A DNA stretch of 64,000 bases from Scenedesmus sp. PABB004 (lineage: Eukaryota): positions 496,001 through 560,000 of the forward strand of contig CM026548.1 of NCBI GenBank assembly GCA_014905635.1, read 5' to 3'. Positions 45,957-60,000 of the stretch are shown in pieces. The notes beneath the pieces are model-generated. The model searched no databases. It saw nothing but the letters and a program-made list of their open reading frames with translations, and was not told where the DNA came from. The translations under genes and the position numbers were made by a program. Numbering within the stretch: position 1 is the stretch's first letter; every line of letters starts with the position of its first letter.

Positions 45957-48900
45957 CTAGCCCGCCGCCTCGCCCGCCAGCGCCGCGGCGAGCGCCACGA
46001 GCGCGCCGCCCGACAGGCCGGGCAGCCGCGCCGCGAGCCGCGGCACCCACGCGAGCGGCTGCTCCGCCGCGCCGCCGCCGCCCGCCGCGCACTCGGCGGC
46101 CGCGCCGGCGAGCGCGCGCTGCACGTCGGCCGCGCACGGCACGCCCAGCAGCGACAGCGCGCTGCCCAGCGCCGCCTCGGCCGCCGCCCGGTCGGCGCCG
46201 GCGCCGGGCAGGGTGGCGGCCGCATCCCGGACGCTGCCGGTCGTGACAAAGGCCCGCAGCGCGCTCGCGCCTCGCCGCGTGCCGCCGGCCGCCGGCCCTC
46301 CGGGCAGGCCCTCCGGCAGCACGCCCGCGGCGCGCCAGCGCTGCTGCAGAAGCTTGCCCAGGCCGTCGCAGAAGCCTGGCTGCAGCAGCGGCGCCCAGCC
46401 GAGCGCCTCGACCTGCCACGGCGGGGCCGCCGCCGCGGCGGGCGCGGTGGCCGCCGCCGCCTGCCCCGCGCGGTCGGCCGCCGCGACCGCGGCGCGCCGG
46501 CAGAGCTCCGCCGCCGCCGCGGTGCTGCTGCCATAGTGCACGAGCGCGAGCGCGAGGTCGGCCAGCGCGACCGCCGCGCCCGGCGCCGGCGCCGCGCCCC
46601 AGCAGCAGGCGCCGCCGCCGCCGCCGCCGCCGGGCGCCGCCGCCAGCCAGCCCGAGCCGCCGCCGCTCGCGGCGCCGCCGCCCGCGGCGCCGCCGCCGTC
46701 TGCGCCGCGCAGGCCCGCCGCCGCCGCGGCGCTGCGGTGCGCCAGAGAGTAGAGCTGGAGGTACCACGGCAGCGCGGCGGTCTTCTCCTGCACGATGCAC
46801 TCATACAGCGCGCCGTGCGCAAAGCCCAGGAACGCGGCCGCGCCGCCGTCGGCCGCCGCGCCGTCGGCCGCCGCGGCGAGCGCCGCCGCGCCGCGCAGCG
46901 CGTGCGCAAACGCCTGGACGTGTGGGTCGGCCGAGAAGGTGGAGCAGAGCTGCACGATGTCGGCCGCCGCGCCGCCGCCGCCGGCGCTGCCCGCGGCGCC
47001 GCCGCCGGCAAAGGCCTTGAACAGCAGGCTCTTCACGCCCGACGGGTCATCAGTGTAGGCGAGGCTGCTGGCCTTCTTCTTGACGCAGATGCGCTGCTGC
47101 AGGTACAGCTGGCTCCAGCCGGCGCCGCCGGCGTCGCCAGCATCGCTGCGCCCCGACCCCTGGCCCCCGTCGCCGGCGACGACCTGGAGCGGCCAGTAGC
47201 GCGGCCCGCACACCGCGAGCGACGCGAGGTGCGCCCGCTCCGGCAGCAGGCAGGGCGCCTGGCGGCGGAAGCTGACGAGCTCGCCGCAGTCGGGCCCCGC
47301 CGCCGCCGCCGCGGGCGCGCCGCCGTCCGCCGCCCGCTCCTCGCCGCCGCCGGCGGCCGCTGCAGCTGCAGCCGCCGCCGAGGCGGCGCCGCCGCCGGAG
47401 AACGCGGGCGGTGGCAGGCGCGCGCCGCCGCCGCGCCGCGCCGCCGGGCCGGCGGCGCGCGGCGACCAGGCCATCGCCTCTGGCCCGCCGCGTGCGTCAC
47501 TGCCGGCCGCCGCCGCCGCCGCGCCGCGGTAGGGCGGCGTGGGCCCGCACTGCGTGGCCTTGCGCGCCGCGATCTGCAGCGGCACCACGACCTGCCGGCG
47601 GCTGTGCACGTCGAGCGCCTGCAGGCAGCGCGGCTCGACCGCGAGCACGTAGAGGTGCCGAAACGCCTGGCGGCGGCGGGGTAATTGTCGGCAGGCGGCG
47701 GCAGCGGAGCACGTCAGCGGCAGCGGCGGCGGCCCGCAGCAGGGGCGCGCAGCGCGGCGCCGCGCCCCGCCGCGGCGGCGCGCGCGCGCGCGCCTGCAGG
47801 TGCGCAAGCTGGTCGGTCGGGCTGCGCGGCCAGGCCGGGTAAAGGGCGATCAGCAGCGCGGCGACGGCCTCGTTGCTCGTGCTCAGGCTGGCGCGGCCGC
47901 CGCTGAGGAAGAGCAGCCCCGCCGCGAGGCTGACCGCGAGGTGGTGGCCGTAGGAGATGCTGCCGCTGCCGGCGCCCGGGCCGCCGAGCAGCGCGGCGAC
48001 GCCGCCCGGCGGCGGCGCGCCGTCGGGCCCCGCCGCGCGCAGCGGGCCGCACGCGCGCCGGCTGAGCGCCTGGACCAGCCGGAAGGTGGGCAGGTGCCCG
48101 CTGCCCGCCATGACGAGGGACAGCGCGAGCACCACGACCACCAGCGCGTCCTCCAGCGCGCCGCGGTCGAGCTGACCGACGCAGGCGCCGCCCGGCGCGG
48201 CCGCGATGCCGACGCCCGACGCGCTGCCCGCCGCCGCGGCCGCGGCGGCCGCCGCGACGGGCGCGAGGCTCGCGTCGTTGGGCCCGCCCGGCGCGCGGCG
48301 CTTGGCGGCGAGCAGCTGCAGCGCGTGGCCGCGCAGCAGCGCCTCGGCGTGCGCGTTGCAGGTCCCCGCGAAGCGCAGCCCGAGCGCGAGGCACGCGCCC
48401 GACAGCGCGTGCACGTGCGCGAGCCCGAGCGCGCCCCAGTCGGGCGCGGCGGGCGCGCCGCCGCCGGCGCCGCCGCGCAGCGCGCGCGGCAGCGGCTTGC
48501 CGGCGCCCGGGTCGCCGCCGCCGCCGCCGCCTGGACCGGGCGCGGCCAGCATGCTGTCCAGGATGCGCGGCAGCGGCTGGTCCAGCAGCGGCCCCAGCTG
48601 CGCGCCCACCCACTCCTGCGGCAGCGCGCGGCGGGCGGTCGGCGGCACGCGGCGGCGCGGCGGGCGGTCGGCGTGCGCGCCGCGACGGGCGGGCGGCCGG
48701 GCCCGCCCGGGGGCCGCAGACAGGGTGTCGCGCGTGCGTGCGCGTGCGCGCGCCTGGCTGGCGGCGATGCCGTCCCACATGACGAGCGCGCGGCCCAGCA
48801 CGCTCAGCGTGACCATGTCTGGCCGGAGCTGGTCCAGGGCGTAGAGCGTGTCGGGCACCTGCGGCGCGCCGCGGCGGCGCGCCGAGCGGCGGGGCGGGGC

Positions 48901-51900
48901 CAGGGTCGCGCGGCGGGCGCGGCTAGCGCCGGCTGCGCCCGCGCGCGCGGCGAGCGGAGGGCGCGGGCGCGGAGACGGACGGCGGGCGCGGGCGCAGCGG
49001 CTGCGGCGCGCGCAGGCATGGCGGCGGCAAGCGCGGGCGCGCCTTGAACGTCGCCGCGACGTCTGCGTCGCCCGTCTTGAGGTGGATGAGCATCAGGGCC
49101 ATCGCCGCGGCGGGGCCCGCGACGACGCTGTGCACGCCGGGGCCCTTGAGCACGGTCTGGCGGCGCGCGCGCGCGCGCGCGTGCGCGGCCGCACGTGGGC
49201 GGGCGCGCGCGCGCGCGCGCGGGCGGGCCGGCGGGCGGGCAAGGGGCGCTGGCGGACGGGCCCGCGGCGTGGGCGGGGGCGGGGCGGGCGCGCACCTGGG
49301 AGATGCCATACTGCTGCATCGCCTCCGCGTCCAGCTTCACGCCGCCGCCGTCGCCGCGGCCGCCCGCGGCGTCGTCGCTGAGCAGCGGGTCGCGCGGCAC
49401 CACGCCCGCGCCGAGCACCGAGTCGAGCAGGCTGCCGGGCCGCGCACCGGGCAGCGCCGGCGCGCCGCCGTCGCCGCCCGGCCGCGCGCCCGGCGGCGGC
49501 GCCTTGCGCACAAACGCGTGCGGCTGGGTCACGCCGCCCATGAGCGACCTGGCGGCGTCAGGCGGCGGCGGGCGGCGGGCGGCGGGCGGCGCGGTGGCAC
49601 AGCGGAGGTCACTGGCGAGCCCGCCCAGCTCCGGGCGCCGCGCGCGCTCGCGGCCGGCGAGCGCGGCGCTGCGCGCGGGGGGTGCCGCGGCGTCGGCGGG
49701 CGCGCTGCGCTGCGCTGCGCTGCGCTGCGCTGCGCTGCGCTGCGCTGCGCTGCGCTGCGCTGCGCTGCGCTGCGCTGCGCTGCGCGGGGCGGGGCGCCTC
49801 ACCGCAGGCGGTCCTCGAGGTGGAGGTCGGCCAGCCCCGGCGCGCTGCGGCCCTGGGCGAGGCAGGTCAGGCCGAGGCCGAGCCCCGCCGCGAGCGCGTA
49901 GCCCTCGCGGTCGTGGCTCACACCCATCGCCGCGGCGAGGCCGCCGCCGCCGGCGGGGCCGCCGCCGCGGCGGGGCCGGCGCCGCCGCCGGCGGGGCCTG
50001 GCCGTGGCCTGCGCCGGCGCCGGCGCCGCCGGGCGTGCGCGCGAGCTCCTCCAGCAGCGTCTCGGTCATGAGGCGGTGGCACGTGCCCTGGTACAGCAGA
50101 CCCAGCCCCAGCAGCGACGCGGCCTGCGCGCGTGCACGGCCGTGGGTGGGCATGGGTGTGTGGTGTGTGGGTGTGTGGGTGTGTGGGTGTGTGGGTGTGT
50201 GGGTGTGTGGGTATGTGTGTGTGGGGGGGGGGAGCCTTGGCCGCGACGACGCGGGGCGGCTGCTGCGGCGCGGGGCGGCGCGCCGCGCGCGCCGCGCCTG
50301 CACGTGGGGCGAGAGCTCAATCTCTGGGAACGAGCTGGGGTGGCGCGCGGGGAGGTGCAGGAAGAGCATGCGCGCGACCGTCGCGTCGGCGGCGCCGCGC
50401 GACGCCGCGGCCATGCCGAGCAGCACCGCGATCGTCGTCGCGTCGTGCTGGTCGGACAGGTACCTGCCGGGCGGGCGGGCGAGCGGGCGGGCGCGCGGGC
50501 GGGCGGGGTGCATCATAGCGCGCGGGGCTTGGGGGCTGCAGGGCTCAGCCGCGCGGCCGCGCCGCGGCGGGGGCGAGGGGAGCACGGCGCGCGCGCGAGC
50601 TGGGCCGTCTGACCCGAGCCCCGAGCCCCCCGGGGCCCTTTGGGGTGTGCTCACCGATAGAGGTCGGTCCAGCTGAGCCGGTCCAGGTGGCCCGTCAGGC
50701 CCAGCGCGAGCAGCAGCCCCGCGTGCGCGTAGTTGGGCACGGCCGGCCGGTTGTGCGGCCGCCACGCGTCCGCCAGCGACTCCCCGCCGCCGCCGTCGCC
50801 GCCGCCGCCGCCGCCGCCGCGCGGGCTGCTCCCCCGGCGGCGCGCCCTTGGACTGGTGGCGGTGCGGCGCGCGGCGGCGCGCGCGCGGCGCGATGCGGAC
50901 GCCGGCCGCGACGCCGTTGTGGAACTCACACCACGCCGTCACGTCCGCCGCCGCGCCGCCGCCTGTCCGGGGGCGGGCGGTGGCGGGGGCGCGTGCGCGC
51001 GTGAGCGTGCGGTTCGCGAGCCCACCGCGCGCTGCGCCGCGCGCCGCGCCCGCCGGCGCGCCGGGCGCCCACCTGGCGCGGGCTGGGCGTGCGTGAGGTC
51101 AAGGTTGATCACCACGCGCCCGCCCGCGGCGCCGTCCTCGCCGCCGGGGCCCGCAACGACGCCGGAGAGGCAGAGCAGCGGCACCGCGAGCCGCTCGCCC
51201 GGCAGCGGGTCGCACAGCCCCAGCGTGAGCGCGCCGCGGCCGAGCGGCAGCGCCAGCGTGCGCATCGCGCTCGACAGCAGCGCCGCCTGCTGCTTGGCCT
51301 GCAGCTCGGGGTCGTTGTCCGAGGCGGCCACCTGCGCGCGCGGCGGCGCGCGGTCGGCGCGCGGTCGGTGCAGCACGCGGCGCGGGTCGCACACACGCGC
51401 GGCAGCCGCGGCGTGGCGTCGTCCCACCAGCACCGCACACGCGCACACGCGCGCGCGTATAGCGCCAACGCGCGCGCACCGCGAGCACCACGGGCACATT
51501 TGTGCCGAGCAGCGCCTTGACCTCCGCCAGCCGCGTGTCGCGGCCAAAGCGCAGCTCCGACATGCCGCCCGTGAGCCCCTCCATGCCGTCGATCGGCAAC
51601 CCCAGCTCGCCCACCACGCCGCCGCCGGCGGTCGCCGGCGCCGCCGCCGCGGCGCCGCCCGCGCCCGCGCCGCCGCGCAGGCCGCGGCCCCAGGGCCGCC
51701 CCCCGCGGCGCGGGCCGCCGCCGACGGGCCCGCCGGCGCTGGGCTTGAGCCCCGGCTGCGTGGCGCCACTGAGGGGCCGGAACGACTGCTGCCCCTGGCC
51801 CCTGAGCAGCGCCGCGTTGGGCAGCTGCAGCCGCTGCTCGCACGGCAGCAGCAGGTGCTGCGGGCGCTGCTCCGCCGAGACAGCCCCGCCCTCGCACACA

Positions 51901-53466
51901 CCGCCGGCCGTGCCCCCGCCGCCTCCCGCGTGCGCGCCGCCGCTGCCGGGGCTGCTGCCGCTGCGCCGCGCGGGGCCGGCCGCCGCGCTGGCGGCGGCCG
52001 CCGCCCCGCCGTTGCTGGCGAGGGTGGCTGCCACGTCCTCGCGGCCGATCAGAGCGTACGCCATCGCCGGCCAGCCTGCGTGGGCGCGGCGGCGGCGGCG
52101 GCGGCGGGGCTTAGCTCTCACGCCAAGGACGAGGCGGCGCGCCAGGCCCGGCCCCGTGCGGCTGCCCCCCCCCCCCCCCCCGGGCGGCGCACCTGGCGGC
52201 GGGTTGGTGCGGCAGCGCAGCAGCGCCTCGCGCAGCGGCAGCGCCACGCCCAGCGCGAGGTCGTCCAGTGCCAGCACGTCCCAGCCCTGCCGCACCAGCA
52301 GCAGCACCAGGCGCTGGCTGGAGCGCAGCAGCAGGTGCTCGAGCTCGGCCGCGAGCGCGCCCGGCGCGCCGGAGCCGCCGGGGCCGCACAGCAGCGCCAG
52401 CACAGCAGCGTCGCCGCCGCCGCCCGGCGCCGCAGCCGTGCGCGCCGCCGCGGCCACCGCCGCAGCACACGCGGCGGCGCAGCCGGACAGCTCCCGGTAC
52501 GCTTCCAGCAGCTGGCAGGAGCGGCGCACGGCGGCGCTGCCGTGCGCCGCAAGCCACGGCACGTGCGCCGTGTGCTCGCCCGACGCCGTCAGCAGCGCCG
52601 CGAGCGCGCGCACGATGCTGCCCGGCGGCGGCGGCGCCGCGCCGCCCAGCAGCGGCGCCGCGGCCGCGGCGCCCGCCGGCGGCGCGCGCTCCGCGAGCGC
52701 CGCGGCCGCACCGCACAGCTGTGCGCTCGCTGCTGCCAGGCCCGTGGGCGGCGCGTCGCGCTCGTAGTGCTCCCGGTGCGGCCCCGCGCCCAGCCAGCCC
52801 GCGAGCGTCCAGCAAAGCGGGCCCAGCAGCGCGAGCGCGTGCTGCGTCAGGCGGCTGAGCTTGCAGTCCTCATACACAGAGTGCAGCGCGCGCAGCGCCG
52901 CCGCGACCTCGCGCGCGTGCGCCTCGCCCGCCTCGCCCGCCCGCACCGGCGGCGCGGCCGGTGCCTGCAAAGGCACGGGCGCGGGCGCCGGCGCCGCCCC
53001 GCGCTGCCGCAGGCATGGCAGCGACCGCAGCAGCTGCTCGCTGCGCTGGCTCGCGAGCAGCGCCTCCCACGCGGCCTCGCCCGGCAGCCGCTGCTCGCGC
53101 TCCTGCGCGCCCCCGGCGGCCGGGAAGTACGCGGCAGCGTCTCCGCCGTCGCGGGACAGCTGCTGCAGCCGGCTCGCCAGGCGCGCCGTGGCGACGGACG
53201 CCGGCGTTCCCGCCGCGCCCCCGGCGCCGCGCGGCCCGGTCGCGCCTGTGTCGAGTGACATGGCCACTGAGCCGCCGGATGCAGCCGAGCCCGGCGGCGG
53301 CGCGGCGCCGCCGGGCGCGGCCGCGCGGCGCGCTGCTGCCGCCGGGTCGGGCGTTGCCATCTCCATGTCGTCGGCGTCGCTGCTGCCGCCGTCGCTGCCG
53401 GCTGGCGCGCTGCCGCCCACCGCCGGGCTGCGCAGCGCCGCCGGCCCAGCCGGCGAGCGCGGCAGC

Positions 53467-53503
<37 letters not shown>

Positions 53504-53996
53504 GCAGGCGCGCAATGCAGGCGGGGTCGAGCGCCCACGCCAGCACCACAGTGGCAATCGACCGCCACTCGGCGCCGAGGTGGCCGCTGCACGCGCCTGC
53601 GTGGACGGCGGCGCGCGCGCGGTAGCGTGGGCGGCGCACGGACCTCCCAACTGTTGGCATCCCTCGCCCCGTCATCGCCACTCACCTGGCTGCACCAAGC
53701 AGGCCGCCAGCAGCTGCACGAACCGCTCCGCCGGCAGCGCCTCCTGCAGCGCCTGCAGCACCTGCACCGGCATCGGCAGCCACGCCAGGCGCAGCCGCGC
53801 GCGCACGCCCAGCGACGACGGCGCCCGGCCGGCGCTGCTGGCCGTCGGCCCAGCGGCGGCGAGCTGCACGCTGAAGCGGTCGCCGGCCGGGCTGCTGAGG
53901 CCCACAACGTGCAACAGCGCCGCAGCCGCCGGAGCGCCCGGTGTCAGCTGCGCCGCATCCTGCTGCACCCAGGGCGCGCCGCCGACAGTGGAGGCT

Positions 53997-54027
<31 letters not shown>

Positions 54028-54903
54028 CGGGGCTGGCTGCCGGGCCGGAGTGCAGCGCAGCCGCGGCACCAGAGCGCAGCATGCGCGCGCCGGCCAACCT
54101 GGAGACATGGGCACGTCATCATCCGAACCCTCTCCCTGCTCGTCCGGCGCTGAGCGGCACGCCAGGCTCGACCGCGAGACCGGCCGCCACGCGCCGCCCA
54201 CCTCGAGCGCCCGCAGGCAGGCCGCCGGCAGCTGCACGCGCACACGCACGAGCGGCCACGCGCCGCGGTGCAGCAGCAGCTGCCCGCCCGGCTGCAGGAC
54301 CAGCAGGTCCAGCAGCCGCCCGCCGCCGCTGGGCGACGGGAAGCCTGTAGCCACCGGCACCGCCGCGAGCGCAGCGATGCTGAACGCCGGCTGCACGGCG
54401 ACGCCCTGCCCCGCGGCCGCGCCCCTGTGGTGCGAGCGGCGGCCCGCAGGCGCGAGGCGCGCGTGAGCAGCAGGCGTGCGCGGGCCCTGAGCGCGGCCGC
54501 AGCGCGTCGAGCCAGCCGCCGCTCACGGCGACACGCGGAACGCCAGCAGCTGCCCGCCGCCGCCGCCGCCGGAGCAGAGCACGCAGAGCAGCGGGCAGCC
54601 GTCGGCGTCGGTGGCGAGGCGCGCCTCGCGCGGAGCGAGCCCCCCAGCGAGCTGCTCCTGGCACGCAAGCTGAAACAGGAGGCTGGGGTCGGGCCCCGGC
54701 AGCAGCAGCGCCTGCTGCGCCTGCGTCGTGTTGCTGAAGCACGGCCGCAGCACGCCCAGCGCGCCGAGGCCGCCCGCCCAGGGCGTCTGCGTGCCGCCCT
54801 GGGGCGTGGGGTTGAAGATGCCCGCGGGCAGGCAGCCCGCGGGAGTGCGCAGGCTGGAGCGCCGCGCCGTGCTCGCGCCGCCGCCCGACATCGCCGTGCC
54901 GTA

Positions 54904-54939
<36 letters not shown>

Positions 54940-56618
54940 CGTGCGCGGCGCGCTGCCGCCGACAAGCGGCCCGAGCAGGTTGTTGCTGTACGCCGCGGGG
55001 CTGTAGCCGCCGCCGTATGCGCCCGCGCCGCCCGCGCTGCCGAGCCCCGCGTTGGCGGGCGTGCGCGGCTGCAGCAGGCCGAGCGGGCTGACGGCGGGCA
55101 GGTCGGCGGCGCTGCCGACGCCCGCCGCGCCAGGCGGCATCGCACGCATGCTCCACACCGCGAGCCGGCCGCGGCCCTGCGCGCGCGCGGGCGGGCGCGG
55201 CGCGGCGGCGGGCCCTCGGTGCCCGCCGCTGCCCGCTGGGCGCGCGCCGCCGCGGCGGGCCGGCTGCACACCTCATGGTACGTCGCCACGACAGGCATCT
55301 CCCGGCTGCTCCACACCACGCACTCCTGCGACCACCCGCCGATCGCGGCGGCCGCGGCGCGGCCGCCCGCGGCGCCGAGGGAGCAGTCGGCCAGCACGGG
55401 CACCGGCTCCTCCAGCGGGTGGCTCAGCACCGCGGCGGACGAGTCGGCGGGCCCTGCCGGCGGCGAGCGGCGGGGCGGCGGGGTGGCGGCGCGGCGGGAC
55501 GGCGGGGCGGCGGGGCGGCGGGGCGGCGGGGCGGCGGCTCAGCACGTGCGCGCGCTGCCGCCGCCGCAGCAGCTGCCGCTTCGCCAGGCGCACGGGGCAG
55601 GCGCGCTGCGCGCACCATCATCAGCACGCCCGTCGGCAGCGGCCACAGCGCGGCGCAGGGCTGCAGCAGCGGCGCCTCGAGCACCTCCCCCGTGGGATAG
55701 ACGCAGGTGACGCTGCTGCGCTGCAGCAGGCAGAGCGCGAGCCCACGCACGTTGTCGCGGCCGGGGCCAGGCCCCGCCGTCGCTGCATCGCTGGCGCCGC
55801 CGACGCCACCGCCGCCGACGCCGCCCGCGGCGGCGGACGCCGGCGTGCCCGCTGCTGCGCCTCCGCCCAGCGGCGTAAAGGACGGGCCCGGCGTCGCGCC
55901 CAGCGGGCTCGCCTCCCTGCCGGCCGGCCACCCCACCAGCTGCTTGCGCGCGGCGCCTGCGGCCGCTGCGCCCCGCGCGCCCGCCGCCGGGCCCGCGCCG
56001 AGGCCGCTGCCCGTCCCCTCCGCGCCCGCCTGGCTCGCAAAGCGGACCCAGCAGACCTGCGGCACGCGCGGCGGGCACCGGGCGGGCCGGCGGTGGGCGG
56101 ACGCCTCGGCCGGGCGCGGCCGCGCGCGCGCTGGCAGGCGGCCGCCGGCCGCCGCTGGCCGTCGCCTGCCGGTTTCGGGCCGGCGCCAGCGCAGGGCGCA
56201 CCTGTAGGATGTCGCTCTCCACGGTGAAGCGCTTGCGCACCGCGCGGCCCGACGTCCACACCGCCCTGCGCGCGGGCGCGGCGGTTGCGGCGGTTGGCGG
56301 CCGCGCGCGCGCACGCCCAGCGCCCTGCGCGGCGCGGCCGCGCGCCGCGCTCACTGGCTGCCGCACACGACCACGCACTCCTCCGAGCCGGGCCCGGCGT
56401 CGCCGTCGTCGCTGCTGCCGCGCGCGTGCAGCACGCGCGCCTTGCCCGGCTCCCAGGGCGCCTGCGGCGACGGCCCGCGTGGGCGGCCCGCGGCGTCCCA
56501 GTGCGCCGGCACGGCGCGGCCCGCCGCCGCGCGCGCGCCGCACCCGCGCCGCAGCCGCCTCGCGCCGCAGCAGCGCGACGCCGAATGGCTCGCCATCGTC
56601 CAGCGCCGTCGCCTGCAT
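45957..56618 (-). CDS. APC1: Anaphase-promoting complex subunit 1, multi-exon
   Basis: RTLALPLGRGALTL, WCEFHNGVAAG, HAGLLLALGLTGHL, HDATTIAVLLG, REGYALAAGLGLG, LRPDMVTL, ALGLRFAGT, MAGSGHL, YGHHLAVSLAAGLLFL, HLQAFRHLYVLA. Probable frameshift near 49990. Confidence 0.95.
49702..49785. repeat. (GCGCT)n pentanucleotide microsatellite in an APC1 intron
   Basis: About 16 units directly visible. Confidence 0.9.
50154..50223. repeat. (GGGTGTGT)n intronic microsatellite
   Basis: Directly visible. Confidence 0.85.
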
Positions 56619-57097
56619 GCCTGCCCGCCTCCCTCACGCCTCCCTCAAGCCCGGCCCGCCATGAAGGGCGCGATCTGAGCCTGCGGGGCGCCCCCGCCAG
56701 GCCGTGGCGGCGCGCCGGCCTTTGAGCGTCGGCCCGCGCAGCGCCGGCCCCAAGAGCAGCTCCCGCGGCCGCGCGCGTCAGGCGGGGGCGGAGTTGGAGC
56801 GCTCGGAGCTGGCGGGGGAGCACGCGCACGAGCAGCCAGCAGAGGAGCTCAACCGGTGCTGCAGGTGTTCTTTTTTCGTACTCGCCGCGCTGCCCGCGGA
56901 CGGTTCAGACAGTTCGGCGTGCGCGAACACGCAGGAATCGGCACGCAGCGAGGGGCGGCCGCGCGCACAGCCCACCATCTCTTGCCGGCCCGCTCGGTTC
57001 GGCGCCCTGCCCGCACGCATACCGCCCATGAACGAGCTGGCATAGCATCCCAAGCGCAGCGGGCGCCAGCGGGCGTGCAGGGGGCCCCGGGGGCGCG

Positions 57098-60000
57098 ATG
57101 CTGCGCCCCGCCCTCCCCCTCCGAGCGCCCCAGGCAGCCAGGTGCGCGGCCCCGGCGTCCATGCGCGCCCGGCGGACCATCGCGGCCGCGCACGGCCCTC
57201 GCCAGGCGCACGCCGACGCGGCCCGCCGCTCGCCGCTGCGCTCGCCGCTGCGCTGCCGCAGGGCGCCGCCGCCGCCCGCTGGGGGTGCATGGGGAGGCGG
57301 CCCGCCGCGTGCGCCGCTGGCCCAGCGCCGCAGCGCAGCGACGCGCTGCCGCTGCTCCGCGGCGGCGGGCGGCGGCGCGAGCGCCGCAGCGGCGGCAGCA
57401 GCAGCGAGCGCAGTGAGCGAGCCGCGCGGGCCGCCGGCGCCGCAGCTTCACGACCACCGCCAGCACCACCACCAGCAGCACGCGCAGGCGCCCGCGGCGC
57501 TGCAATGGCCAGCGCAGCGCCGCGCCAGCGCGCACGCGGCGGCGGCGCTCGCGGCGCGCGACGGGCAGCGGCTGCAGGCGCAGCAGCAGCACCAGCGGCA
57601 CGCGCAGCAGCAGCAGCAGAGCCACGGTGGCGCCCAGCTGTCGGCCGAGCTCGCCGCTGCGCGCGGCGCGGCGGCCCTGCTGCGCCTCGCCGGGGAGGTC
57701 GCCGCGCGGGGCAGCGAGCTGCACGCGGCGCAGCTGGCCGCGCACGCGTCGGCCGCGCTGGCGGCGGCCCCGGCGGGCGACGGCGCGGCGGCGCAGCGCG
57801 AGGCGCTCGCGGCCGCGGCGGCGCGCGCGCTGACGCAGCGCGGCGCCGCGCTGGACCGCGCGCCGCTGCTGCTGCTCGCCGGGCCGGGCCTGCGGGAGGC
57901 GCTGTGCGCGCTCGACGCGCTCGCGCGCGACGTGGCGCCGGGGGAGCGCGCGGCGCTGCGGCGCAGCGTCGCCGCGCTCGCGCCCGCCATGCCGGCGCCG
58001 AGCCTGCTGTCGGCGCTGCACGCGTGCGGCGACGCGCGGGCGCTGGCGTCGGTCGTGCGCTGCGCGGCGGACGGCATGGCGCCGGTGCACGTCAAGGCAG
58101 CGTTTGTGCAGCTCGGGCGCCTGCAGCGCGGCGGGGCTGAGCCGGGCGGCGTCGGCAGCGCAGACGCAGGCGACGCGGCGGCCTTGGCAGCGCAGCTGGT
58201 GCGGCTGCTCGCGCGCTGCGAGGCGGCGCAGCGGCCGCTGCTGCCCCACCACGCGGCCGCGGTGCTGTGGAGCCTGGGCCAGCTGCGGCCGCTGGTGCTG
58301 CAGCACGACGCGGCGGGCCTGGAGCAGCGGCTGCTCGCGGCGGCGCTGGAGGGCGCGCCGCGGCTCAACCACCGCGTGGGCGCCATGCTGCTGCACGGCG
58401 CCGCGGCGCTGGGCCTGCGCCTGCCGGCCGGCGGCGGCACGCAGCGCTTGCTGGAGCACACGCAGCAGCAGCTGCCGCTGTGCGACCCCCAGGCGCTCGC
58501 CGGCCTGCTGTGGGGCCTCGCGGCGACGCATGCGGCGCCGGGGGCGGCGTGGCTGCAGGCGTTCTTCGCCGCCAGCGCACCCATGCTGCGCGCCCAGCAC
58601 GGCGGCGGCGGCCTGCTCGGCCGGCGCACGGCGCAGGACGCGCTCAACGGCCGCGAGCTGGCGGCCGTGCTGTCGGGCCTCACGAAGCTGCAGGTGCAGC
58701 CGCCCGCTGCCTGGCTCGACGCGGCGGCGGGCAGCGTCGCCGCGCAGCTGCCGCGTTGCGGGCGGCAGGAGCTGGTGCTGGCGATGTGGGCGCTCGCCAG
58801 GCTCGGCCACGCGCCGGCGCCGTCGCTGCTCGCCGGGGCGGCACAGCGCGCGCGGCAGCTGGGCGCGGGCTTGGCGCCCCGCGATGCTGTGCTGCTCGCA
58901 CACGCCGCGACGCGGCTGCAGCAGCAGCCCCCGCGCGGCGCGGGCGAGCTGGCGGCCGCGGCGGAGCAGCTCTGCTGCCTCGCGACCGAGGGCGGGCTGG
59001 AGCAGCACGGCGCACAGGACCTCGCGCTGCTGGCGTGGACGCTCGGCGTGCGCGCGCGGCAGCGCCGGCAGGCGCCGGCCTCGCCGCCTGCGGCGCTGGA
59101 GCCGCCCGGCCCCAGCCCCGAGTGGCTGCTTCGCTTCATGGCTGCCGCGGCGCCGCAGCTGGAGCGCGGCGCCTTCAGCAGCAGCGGCCTCAGCACGATG
59201 GTGTGGGGCCTGGGCGCGCTCCTGCAGGAGGCGGGGCGGGCGGACGGGCCCGACCTCGGCGGCCGCCTGGCGGCGCCACCGCCGGCGCCCGGCGGCGCCG
59301 CCGGCGGCGCGCCGGCGGCGTTGCAGGCGTTCTGGGGCGCGCTGCAGGCGGCGTGCGCGGCGGCGCTGCCGGGGTTCAGCGGCCACGAGCTCGCCAACCT
59401 GCTGTGGGGCGCCGGCGCCTGCGCGCGCGCGCTGCGCCTGCGCGCCAGCCGCGAGTGGGTCGACCTGCTGGCCTGCCAGAGCCTGGACCTCTTTGAGCTG
59501 CTCACCGGCCACCAGCTCGTGTCGGCGCTGCAGGGCCTGGTGTGGTTGCGCCACCCGCGCGGGCTGGACCTGCTCCAGGCCGCGCTCGCGGAGCGCTGCG
59601 CGGGGCGGCTGTCGGGCGCGGCGCCGCTGGAGCTGCTGGTGCTGCTGCGCGCCGCCGTGCTGTACCGGCACGCCCTCGCGCCGGCCGCGCGCGCGGGCCT
59701 CGTCGCGGCGGCGCGGCGGCAGCTGCCCGGCATGGTTGCGCCGCAGGCGGCCCAGCTCATCTACCTGCTGGGCAAGCTGCAGCAGCAGCACGCCAAGCGC
59801 GCCCGCCGGCAGGCGCTGCAGGCGTGCGAGAAAGGGAGGGCGCGCCGGGCGCGGCCGGCGCCGCACGCGTCGCTCGATGGCGGCGGCGGCGGGCCGGAGC
59901 CGCCACAGCAGCAGGGCAAGCAGGAGCTGCAGCAGGCGCAGCGGGAGGCCCTGGCCCCGTCAGACGCTGCGCTCGTGCCGCCCGGCGTGCTGTGCGAGCT

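Noticed and set aside
6698..56618. Introner-type mobile introns as the source of the GC-AG introns
   Set aside because: The introns share only low-complexity GCGCG/CCGCC content and CTGAC/CTCAC branch motifs. No two looked like copies and no terminal inverted repeats were seen.
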